DNA of 64,000 nucleotides from Candidatus Moranbacteria bacterium RIFOXYB1_FULL_43_19 (GTDB lineage Bacteria > Patescibacteriota > Minisyncoccia > Moranbacterales > UBA11712), in assembly GCA_001784875.1 (NCBI GenBank), contig MFSH01000008.1, forward strand, positions 1,555 through 65,554, given 5' to 3'. A program made the position numbers and the translations under genes. Below the pieces are notes generated by a model. That model was not told the DNA's origin. It saw only the letters and a list, made by a program, of their open reading frames with translations, and did not search any database. Positions 39,200 through 47,539 of the stretch are shown in pieces (the stretch's first letter is position 1; every line of letters starts with the position of its first letter).

Positions 39200-41389
39200 A
39201 TGGGGCTCAAATACAAAGTTTTAGAAACAGGGAAAGTAGCACCTCCTCGGCAGTCTCAATCTCCCGATCCGGATCCAAAATCCCAGGATCAATCACGGGA
39301 TATAAATGCGGAGCAGAGCGCAGAAATACCCACGGTCAATCTCGAAGTGTCTTCCGGGGAACCGGCAGGTGAGCCAGCGACACCTGCCACTCCCGAAGCC
39401 GATTCCGTTGCAGCGTCTGCTGATGTTCCTGAAACTCCTTCCAAAAAACCGGCAGGCGAGCCGGTTGCTCCTCCAGCTCCGGAATCCGAAACCGAAAGAA
39501 AAAACCGCGAGGACCTTAATAGAATACAGAAAGAATTTGATGAGAATGAAAAGAAAATAGCCGAAGCGAGGGCGAAAAATTTCAAAAGATGGAGAACAAT
39601 TGGCGAAGCATTGGGCTTGATTAAGAGGCCGGTTGATGAAGGCGATGATGTCAAGGAATATCTTGAGAGAAGAGGAGCTCTTTATAAGGCTTTGAGGGTA
39701 TCCGGAGTAAACGCGTTTAGAGGCAAAAACGAAGATCTTCAGAATTTTTTGACTGAATATGACAAAAGTATGATTGCTGTCAGAACCAGGACCTGGGAGA
39801 TGGATACCAGAGCGGGAAATGCAAAATGGTATGACAAGGCCTTTGTCAAATTCGCGAACGTCAGCAAAAATTATAGGGAGTTCATAGGCAAACAATTTCT
39901 CAATGAGAAAGGGAAGTTGAGCGCCAAAGGAATTTTCAAGGGAACAGCGATTGCAGCTTCAGTGTCCATAGCTATCGCGACGGCTTTGGGCGCAGCCTTG
40001 CCGGCCTTGGGGATTGCCGCTGTCGGCGCTGCTGGGACGACCGCTTGGGGCATGCGGATTTTTGGAGGCGTCGGAGCTGGCTATGCCGCCAAAAAGCGAA
40101 TGGAAGCTGGATTTTTCGAAAAGACCAAAAAAGATGTTGAGAGAAGAGTTTTGGATGCGGTTGAATCGATGAAAAATAAAACTGATGAACAATGGAAGGG
40201 TTATATTGAAGGTTTGGAAATGACTAGTGAGAAAAAATTAAAAGGCATATTAGAGGGAGAAGAGCACAAATTCGCAGATGTGGACGCCAAGCACAAAAGA
40301 TATGCTTTGGCCATCGGTTCGGGGACTGTAGTTGCCGGAGCTCTTGCAAGCCATTATATTATGCCTCATGCCAGAGGAATATTCGGTCAAACTTGGGAAA
40401 AAATAACAAATTCATTTGGTGACGGGAAAACCGGTTTCTATGAATCGTCGCACAGTCCGGTTTCTGATGCGGTTGTTCCGGAAAAGACAGGAGGGCCGTT
40501 TTTGGGCGATTCGCACAGGATCAAATCCGGTGAAAATGTCTGGAAAGTGACGAGGGAGATGTATATAGAGCACGCGAAGGAATATGATCTTAAGCCGGAT
40601 GATCCGAAAATCAAAAATCTGTTCCATTCACTCAAAAAACAGGGTTTCTTGGGCCGGATGGGGATTAATGCCGAAAATTTCAATGATTTGTCAGACGCCG
40701 AAAAAATAAAAATCCTCGCGGAAAACAAAACCGCCAATGCGATGGAATGGTATAAGTCCCATCACGGAGGAAAATTGCCGTCAGCGGTCAGAGAAGGCTG
40801 TACGGTTACTCTGGACGACAAAGGAAAATTGTTTGTAGAGGACATTTCGCAGATCAAGGCCGGAGCCGTTCATCACGAGCCAACTCATAGCGCTGGAAAG
40901 GCGGCTACGGCAGCGGAACATCATGGACGGGGCGGCAGAGGAGCAGTTGATACGAGCGAATTCGATCGGAGAATAGAAGATGCTCGGGAACGTGGAGCAG
41001 CGGCGGAAGCTTTTGGCAGGAGTGAAGTTGCGCGGCTCGGAGCGGAGGCTCAAGCCTTGAATGAACAGGCTGTTGCGGGCCTTACCAGCGCCAACGCGCG
41101 GCTTTGGAACAGCTGGCTTGAAAATCTGGGAGGTTTCAAGCTCAACACGCCGGCTTCTCAAATTCAAGAAGCTATCGGCCGTTTTAGTCCGGGAATCACA
41201 AGTGACATGCCGCTTGCGCCAACTGCCGAGGAAATGACTCAAAGGGCAAGTGCGGTCAATTTCACACAGGAAACTTTTCAAAAATTTCCGCCTCTCAATG
41301 CTCGGGAAACGATGCAGCAATATCTAGAACGGATGTCGCGAACCAGTTTCAACCTTTTCAAGGCCTTGAGCATAAAAAACAGACTTTAA
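39200..41389 (+). CDS. hypothetical membrane protein with a Pro/Glu-rich N-terminus and an Ala/Gly-rich TM hairpin
   Basis: The TM region reads GTAIAASVSIAIATALGAALPALGIAAVGAAGTTAWGMRIFGGVGAGYAA. It starts 12 nt after the upstream ORF. Confidence 0.5.
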   Translation: MGLKYKVLETGKVAPPRQSQSPDPDPKSQDQSRDINAEQSAEIPTVNLEVSSGEPAGEPATPATPEADSVAASADVPETPSKKPAGEPVAPPAPESETERKNREDLNRIQKEFDENEKKIAEARAKNFKRWRTIGEALGLIKRPVDEGDDVKEYLERRGALYKALRVSGVNAFRGKNEDLQNFLTEYDKSMIAVRTRTWEMDTRAGNAKWYDKAFVKFANVSKNYREFIGKQFLNEKGKLSAKGIFKGTAIAASVSIAIATALGAALPALGIAAVGAAGTTAWGMRIFGGVGAGYAAKKRMEAGFFEKTKKDVERRVLDAVESMKNKTDEQWKGYIEGLEMTSEKKLKGILEGEEHKFADVDAKHKRYALAIGSGTVVAGALASHYIMPHARGIFGQTWEKITNSFGDGKTGFYESSHSPVSDAVVPEKTGGPFLGDSHRIKSGENVWKVTREMYIEHAKEYDLKPDDPKIKNLFHSLKKQGFLGRMGINAENFNDLSDAEKIKILAENKTANAMEWYKSHHGGKLPSAVREGCTVTLDDKGKLFVEDISQIKAGAVHHEPTHSAGKAATAAEHHGRGGRGAVDTSEFDRRIEDARERGAAAEAFGRSEVARLGAEAQALNEQAVAGLTSANARLWNSWLENLGGFKLNTPASQIQEAIGRFSPGITSDMPLAPTAEEMTQRASAVNFTQETFQKFPPLNARETMQQYLERMSRTSFNLFKALSIKNRL

Positions 41390-41407
41390 TATTTAGAAAA
41401 CAAAACA

Positions 41408-41746
41408 ATGACAACAAAAAACACAATCATGCAGGAAACAATCGTTGAAGAATTGGGACTCACGGATTTGCCTGAAGAGCAAAAATCCAAAGTTCTGGTG
41501 AATCTCCTGGAGTTGGTTTTGAAGCGCCTTTATATGGAGACAATGGACAAACTGTCGCCGGAAGACCAAAAGGAACTGATGAAAATAATTGATGAAAAAG
41601 GGGAACCGGACAGAATTGAAAAATTCCTTCGCGAGAAAATTAGCGATTATGACGAATTTGTGAAAAAAGTGGTGAGCGACCTGAAAGACGAGCTGAAAGA
41701 AGACATCGCCGGCTTTGGAAATGCGGAGGAAGCGACAAAGAGCTGA
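41408..41746 (+). CDS. hypothetical small acidic protein
   Basis: A clean ORF that starts 18 nt after the upstream ORF. Confidence 0.4.
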   Translation: MTTKNTIMQETIVEELGLTDLPEEQKSKVLVNLLELVLKRLYMETMDKLSPEDQKELMKIIDEKGEPDRIEKFLREKISDYDEFVKKVVSDLKDELKEDIAGFGNAEEATKS

Positions 41747-41949
41747 AAGTTGATATGGAAATAGCGACGCTTTTGGCGTAATTTCTAATTTCTGATACCC
41801 AATTTCCAATAAAATGTCCAATATTAAAAATTAAAATTTTTGTAATTGGGCATTTAGATTTTTATTAGAAATTAGATGTTAAATATTGGAATTTTGACGG
41901 GAAGTTTATTTACGGTGATATTGCATAAATAAATATTTACGGATCTTTT

Positions 41950-42474
41950 ATGGCACAACAATTATATCAGGAGCCTATCGAAAAGGAGGATTTGGATTTG
42001 GCGAAAAAGTTAAAAAGTGATATTCCAGCCGCGGGCGCAGGAAAAGTACCAGAAAATGTGGAAACGAAAAAAACGGAAATTACTGAAATTCCGGAAGTAC
42101 CGGTGCCGGAGGCTGAAAAAGCCACGGGAGTTGAATCTGAAATGGGAGGAGAAAAAAAGGCCGAGGAAGTTTCCGAAAAAATTGAAACCGTCCGGAAATC
42201 GATCCAAACCCAAAAACCGACGGCCGGGGCGAGCGTGGCTTCGGACGCGGGAACAGTTTCGCAAATCACAGAATATGAAAAAAAAGTGGAAAAACTGGTC
42301 GAAATGGCGCTCCAAAAAGGCCCGGAGCACGCGATCAAAGTCGCGCGGCACATGGACAAAGGAAAGTCTCCCAGCCAGGCGGATAACTATACCCTCGATG
42401 AAATCCACGACCGTCTTTTGGAAGAGAGTCTTCGAAAACAACTTATTCAGAAAGGACTATTAAAAGAATTATAA
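41950..42474 (+). CDS. hypothetical acidic protein
   Basis: A clean ORF flanked by AT-rich spacers. Confidence 0.4.
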   Translation: MAQQLYQEPIEKEDLDLAKKLKSDIPAAGAGKVPENVETKKTEITEIPEVPVPEAEKATGVESEMGGEKKAEEVSEKIETVRKSIQTQKPTAGASVASDAGTVSQITEYEKKVEKLVEMALQKGPEHAIKVARHMDKGKSPSQADNYTLDEIHDRLLEESLRKQLIQKGLLKEL

Positions 42475-42621
42475 ATTTTTAATTTAGAATTTCGAAATAA
42501 TTTCAAATGATATAATTTTGAAACATTAAAGCATTGGAACATTATTTCAAAATTAAAAATTGGAAATTCAAAATTGTATATCAGAATATTCTTCTTAAAA
42601 TAAAAACAAAAACATATTTAG

Positions 42622-45156
42622 ATGGATGTATATAATTTGAACTTGATAATGTATCCCCTTGCTTTTCTTTTGGCCGCGCTAAGCTTTGGTTCGGCGTTTT
42701 TGATGATTTTCAAAAGCTTTGTTTCTTTTCGCGCTGAAATCACCCGGTCGCTTAATATGGATATTGACATTGTCAAAGTTTCGCGGTCACTCAAAGCCCA
42801 GAATCCGCAGGCGCAGCAGCAGCAGCCGAAAAATGACAAAGAGCTTATTTCCGTAACGGAACATCTTTTCGCGAGCCTCGGGAATATCAAGGAAAAAACC
42901 GGAATTTTCCATCGGCTGATCTATGGCGATGCGGTTATATCCCTTGAAATCGCCAATCCGGCGAGCGGAGATGAGATTTGTTTTTTTGTCGGGGCGCCAA
43001 AAAAATTTATCAATATAGTCGAACGCCAGATTCATAGCTTTTATCCCAAAGCAGCCATCGAAAGGGTAAAAGATTACAATATTTTCAATCCGGGAAGCTT
43101 CACGGCGGCATCGTACCTCAAGCTCAGTCAAAAAAATCATTTTCCGATCCGCACCTATCTGTCTTTGGAGTCCGATCCGCTCAACAATATCACCAATGTC
43201 CTTGGAAAATTTGATGAAAAAAAAGAAGGAGCGGCGATCCAGCTTCTGATAAAACCAGCTCGTGGCGATTGGAGGACCAAAGGGCGGGAAGTAGCTCATA
43301 AAATGCAGCAGGGGAGGCAACTTTCGGACGTGAAAAAAGACAGTTTTTTTCGAGAACTGTTTCGAGGATTCTTCAAAATAGCCGTGAAAAAAGATGACAG
43401 TCAGAAAAAAGATATTCTGAAAAGTGATAAAGATCCGGTGCAGCTGACACCTGAAGAACAGGAAATCATAAAAAAAATCGAGGGAAAGTCGAACAAGCCC
43501 GGATTTTTGGTCAACATCCGCCTCGTGGCTTCGGCCCTCACCCAGGAACGTTCCGAGCAGGTGCTGGCCGAACTTGAAAACGCTTTCATTCAATACGAAA
43601 ATCCCGGGCTGAACCGATTTCGGGTGTTGAGGGAAGACAAAATACGCAAAAAAAACATCGCTTTCGATTTCATTTTCCGGAATTTCAAAGACGACCAGGG
43701 AATGATTCTTTCCTCCGAAGAAGTGGCCAGCATATTCCATTTCCCTCTTTCTTCGACAGAAACGCCGAAAATTTCCTGGCTCAAGTCCCGCACGGCCTCT
43801 CCGCCTTCGAATATTTCCAAGGAAGGAATCAAAATTGGCTACAATGACTATCGCGGAGTGGAAACGGTCATCCGGCACAACGCTGACGATCGTCGCCGCC
43901 ATTTCTATATCATTGGTCAAACCGGAACCGGAAAATCGACCATGATCCAGGAAATAGTGAAGCAGGACATCAAAAACGGTGAGGGGGTCTGCGTGATCGA
44001 TCCGCACGGCGATCTGGTTGACCACATCATTGAATCCATTCCCAAAGAGCGGGCGGAGGACGTCATTTATTTTGACCCGGCCGATATAGAGAGGCCATTC
44101 GGGCTCAATATGCTTGAATTCGACCATGCCAAACCGGAGCAAAAGACTTTTGTTATTAATGAGATGATCAACATTTTTGACAAGCTCTATGACCTCCGCC
44201 AGACAGGTGGGCCGATGTTCGAGCAGTATATGCGCAATGCCGCTCTTCTTGTCATGGAACACTCCGAATCCGGCGCAACACTAATGGAAATTCCGCGCGT
44301 TCTCGCCGACGAAGAATTCCGTCATATGAAACTTTCCCATTGCACAAACCCGGTCGTCAAGAATTTCTGGGAAAAAGAAGCTGAAAAAGCGGGGGGCGAA
44401 GCGGCGCTGGCCAACATGGTTCCCTATATCACTTCAAAACTCACCCAGTTCATTTCGAACGACATGATGCGCCCGATCATCGCCCAGGAAAAAAGCACCA
44501 TCAATTTTCGGCGGGCAATGGATGACCGGCGGATAGTTCTTGTCAATCTTTCCAAAGGAAAAATCGGAGAAATAAACGCCAACCTTTTGGGTATGATTAT
44601 TGTCGGAAAAATTTTGATCGCGGCTCTTTCACGGGTGGACACGCACGAAGAAGGGCGCAAAGATTTCTATCTCTATATCGACGAATTCCAAAATTTCACG
44701 ACCGATTCAATCGCCCAGATTCTTTCCGAAGCCCGCAAATACCGCTTATCACTTATCATAGCCCACCAGTTCATTGCCCAGCTCAAGGAGGAAATTTCGA
44801 AGGCTGTTTTCGGAAACGTTGGTTCAATCTGCTCATTTCGCATCGGGGCCGAAGATGCCGAGTTTGTCCAGAAGCAGTTCGAGCCGGTTTTTGACGCCAA
44901 CGACCTCATGAATGTTGATAACCGGAATTGCTTCATGAAACTTTTGATCGCGAGCCAGGTGGCGCCGCCGTTCAATATGAAAACTTATCCACCGACTGTC
45001 GGCAATCCGAAGATTGCCGAAGCCATCAAAGAGCTTTCCAAGTTGAAATATGGCAGGAACCGTGATATAGTGAATGAGGAGATCATGAAAAAGGCGGCAT
45101 TTGTCGCCGCTGCTCCGACGGCCGACGCGTTTGATATGGGAGAAAAGCCTTTGTGA
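42622..45156 (+). CDS. type IV secretion coupling protein-like ATPase (VirD4/TraG/TraD family) with an N-terminal TM segment and a ~390 aa unrecognised domain
   Basis: The Walker A motif reads RHFYIIGQTGTGKST. A T4CP-type VCVIDPHGD (DPKGE-like) motif follows. The Walker B motif is FYLYIDEFQNF and the C-terminal ARKYRLSLIIAHQFIAQL block is present. Confidence 0.7.
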   Translation: MDVYNLNLIMYPLAFLLAALSFGSAFLMIFKSFVSFRAEITRSLNMDIDIVKVSRSLKAQNPQAQQQQPKNDKELISVTEHLFASLGNIKEKTGIFHRLIYGDAVISLEIANPASGDEICFFVGAPKKFINIVERQIHSFYPKAAIERVKDYNIFNPGSFTAASYLKLSQKNHFPIRTYLSLESDPLNNITNVLGKFDEKKEGAAIQLLIKPARGDWRTKGREVAHKMQQGRQLSDVKKDSFFRELFRGFFKIAVKKDDSQKKDILKSDKDPVQLTPEEQEIIKKIEGKSNKPGFLVNIRLVASALTQERSEQVLAELENAFIQYENPGLNRFRVLREDKIRKKNIAFDFIFRNFKDDQGMILSSEEVASIFHFPLSSTETPKISWLKSRTASPPSNISKEGIKIGYNDYRGVETVIRHNADDRRRHFYIIGQTGTGKSTMIQEIVKQDIKNGEGVCVIDPHGDLVDHIIESIPKERAEDVIYFDPADIERPFGLNMLEFDHAKPEQKTFVINEMINIFDKLYDLRQTGGPMFEQYMRNAALLVMEHSESGATLMEIPRVLADEEFRHMKLSHCTNPVVKNFWEKEAEKAGGEAALANMVPYITSKLTQFISNDMMRPIIAQEKSTINFRRAMDDRRIVLVNLSKGKIGEINANLLGMIIVGKILIAALSRVDTHEEGRKDFYLYIDEFQNFTTDSIAQILSEARKYRLSLIIAHQFIAQLKEEISKAVFGNVGSICSFRIGAEDAEFVQKQFEPVFDANDLMNVDNRNCFMKLLIASQVAPPFNMKTYPPTVGNPKIAEAIKELSKLKYGRNRDIVNEEIMKKAAFVAAAPTADAFDMGEKPL

Positions 45157-45283
45157 ATAAAAAAGTAAAAATGAATAAGTAAAAGTTTCGGTACTCGCTT
45201 CGCTCGTTTTTTTTATAAATTAATATCGCGAAGCGAATCCTTAGCCTTTAGTTTTTCGCTTTTAATTTTTAATTTATATCGTT

Positions 45284-45421
45284 ATGACCGACGAAACTAC
45301 AACTCCGATGACGGATGCTCCGGCAACGGATGCTCCGGCTGCTCCGGAAGCTCCGATGGCTTCTCCAGTGGAACCGACTCCGGAAATGCCTCCAGCGGAA
45401 GAAGCTCCGAAAGCCGAGTAA
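45284..45421 (+). CDS. candidate 45 aa Pro/Ala/acidic peptide (MTDETTTPMTDAPATDAPAAPEAPMASPVEPTPEMPPAEEAPKAE)
   Basis: An ATG-to-TAA ORF that is too short for the ORF track. It lies just downstream of the T4CP-like gene and just upstream of a terminator, and it has no obvious SD. Confidence 0.25.
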   Translation: MTDETTTPMTDAPATDAPAAPEAPMASPVEPTPEMPPAEEAPKAE

Positions 45422-45450
45422 TTATTTTTCAAAAATTACTCATCAAAAAA

Positions 45451-45476
45451 GCCAGTCGAGAACGACAGGCTTTTTT
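45451..45476 (+). terminator. intrinsic terminator closing the T4CP-like block
   Basis: The hairpin GCCAGTCG-agaa-CGACAGGC has one mismatch and is followed by TTTTTT. Confidence 0.45.
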
Positions 45477-45537
45477 GTTTGGAAAAGAAAACCGCTTGGC
45501 GAATGCCCAAGCGGTCGGTTCTGCAGTTATTTTGCCC

Positions 45538-46167
45538 TTAGAAAAGGTCTCTTTGCCGGGCCGGATCCGACAAGCTTCTCAAATTTGGATCGTTGGTTGG
45601 AATCATATAATCGACACAGAGGTAGTATTTCAATACGTTGGCAGCGGCTTCTCTCATTTTTATGCCCGAAAATTTATAATCTTTCAGGACTGAATATACA
45701 GCGTCCCGAATTATGGCCGCGTCAACTTTTGCCTTTTTTCTTCCTTTACCCCTTTTTTCAAGGACGATACTTCTTGCCTTGTCCAACTGTTCTCGGGTCC
45801 TTTCGTTTTCCGGCTGTCCGAAAGAATCTTTCAGCTCTTTTGCCCGCTTCCGACGGAAGTGCTCTTCCGGCGGGATGGATATTGTATTTTCAATACGTCT
45901 GGCCAAACTTCCCCAGAAACGGTCCTGTTCCTCCTTGGAGCTTATTCCCGTGATTCCAAAAACAATTCCGATAACTTCTTTCTTGCGTTCTTGAAATTCG
46001 GGGTGTTCGACACCGACCTCCTTGTTTCTCAGGATGCGCACGGCTATTTTCACCATTTCGTTGAGAAGTGAAACCTCCTCGTCGGTGAAAATCCTCTCTT
46101 TTTTCTTTCCCATTTGCGGGTCTCCTCCTTTTTTCCGGAACGGGTTTTCAATATCTCCCTTGCTCAT
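45538..46167 (-). CDS. hypothetical protein, in an operon with the DUF763 gene (ATGA overlap)
   Basis: A clean ORF whose start overlaps the stop of the upstream minus-strand gene by 4 nt. Confidence 0.45.
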   Translation of the reverse strand: MSKGDIENPFRKKGGDPQMGKKKERIFTDEEVSLLNEMVKIAVRILRNKEVGVEHPEFQERKKEVIGIVFGITGISSKEEQDRFWGSLARRIENTISIPPEEHFRRKRAKELKDSFGQPENERTREQLDKARSIVLEKRGKGRKKAKVDAAIIRDAVYSVLKDYKFSGIKMREAAANVLKYYLCVDYMIPTNDPNLRSLSDPARQRDLF

Positions 46168-47393
46168 ATTATGCGATTCATTATCTTATTTCTTTCAGAA
46201 TATCCGATTTTCATTTTCTCGACAAGTTTTTGCATGGTTTGGATTGTTTGGTCATAAGTCGGCCGGTCGACGGGGTAGGGGATGAAATCCTTTCCTCCAT
46301 GGGCGAAAGAATAGCGGGCCGGGTCTTCATACGAGGCTTTCGCGCCATAAATCACTTCGGCTGTGAGAGCCAACGCTCGAATGGTCTTTGGGCCGACGCC
46401 TTTCAAGGATAAAAGCTGTTCGTAACTTTTTGGTTTTATTTCGGAAACTTCATATAAAATCTTTTCGAGATATTTACTTTTTGAAAAATCTTCAAATATC
46501 ACAGGGTGGGTTTTGAAATCGAGATTGGTTAAATTAACTTTCGTCAGCACCTGGTGTTTGTTGCCAACAGACATTACTTCACTTTGGGGCGTGGAATATT
46601 TTCGCAGCAGTTTGAGATCTTTCATCAAAGTATTATAACTCCCTTGCACGAGTTCTGTGCTGATTTTTTGCGCATTCTCGCTTTCTTTGGCGGTCATATT
46701 TAGTCCGGTATTTTTTCCATCCGAAATTATACCAGCATGTGGTTCAATAACCATGTTATTAGTAGAGTCCGAAAACCAGTGATATCTCCGCGCTGTGACC
46801 TCTCTTTCGTTCATGCCTTGCTGGACGACTGCCCAGGCGCCGTTCTCGCCCCCACACCAATCTCCGGAATTATTGGATTTATTTTTTTCGTTTTTTATCT
46901 TTTTCTTCCATGAGGATTGGTATGGGGGTACCGAAAAGAAAAAACAGTGATGATAGATTTGAAATCCGTCTTGAATGAGTGAGGAATCAACTTTGGCGGC
47001 CATGCGGGAATTATACTCGAGCGAATTTATTTTCTCTTGCGAGAGTTCGGCTCGCGCGCCAAAAAGAGAAATTTGTTCCGGAGTCTTGAGGGAAGTTTTT
47101 CCTTTCCCGCCGCAAATATATATTCCCAAGTCCTTTTCTTCGCCCCGAATGGCTTCTTTGAGAGCAGCGGTCAAAATCGTCGTCAGTCCCGACGCGTTCC
47201 AGTCAAAAGCGAGAACCGTTCCGAGCGCTTGAAACCAGACCGGATCGGAAATCCTTTTCACAAATTCATCCGGTCCGTATTCGGCGACAATGACCCGCGC
47301 CATCTCTCGTCCCAGCTTCACCATCCGCTCAAAGAGCCATTTCGGACACTTGCCGTAATCAAGGGTAAATGTAGCAATTCCACGCTTAAACAT
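46164..47393 (-). CDS. DUF763-family protein (helix-hairpin-helix containing)
   Basis: The HhH block reads LSLKGVGPKTIRALALTAEVIYGAKASYEDPARYSFAHGGKDFIPYPVDRPTYD. A low-complexity insert is also present. Confidence 0.6.
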   Translation of the reverse strand: MFKRGIATFTLDYGKCPKWLFERMVKLGREMARVIVAEYGPDEFVKRISDPVWFQALGTVLAFDWNASGLTTILTAALKEAIRGEEKDLGIYICGGKGKTSLKTPEQISLFGARAELSQEKINSLEYNSRMAAKVDSSLIQDGFQIYHHCFFFSVPPYQSSWKKKIKNEKNKSNNSGDWCGGENGAWAVVQQGMNEREVTARRYHWFSDSTNNMVIEPHAGIISDGKNTGLNMTAKESENAQKISTELVQGSYNTLMKDLKLLRKYSTPQSEVMSVGNKHQVLTKVNLTNLDFKTHPVIFEDFSKSKYLEKILYEVSEIKPKSYEQLLSLKGVGPKTIRALALTAEVIYGAKASYEDPARYSFAHGGKDFIPYPVDRPTYDQTIQTMQKLVEKMKIGYSERNKIMNRII

Positions 47394-47539
47394 GATATCA
47401 CTATATCACTATATTATAATTTGTGGTAGTATCTATATGGACGTATCTATTTTTTACCTATATAATAATTGAACATGAAATTCCGCGGTTGAATATTTGC
47501 TGCGCAAATTCAACTGGGCAGGCAAAATTTAATCTAAGT

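Noticed and set aside
45315-45953. 212 aa Arg-rich ORF from the six-frame track
   Set aside because: It overlaps the minus-strand 45538-46167 gene and the small-peptide and terminator region. Its composition (R/L/K runs) is typical of an out-of-frame read of A-rich coding DNA.
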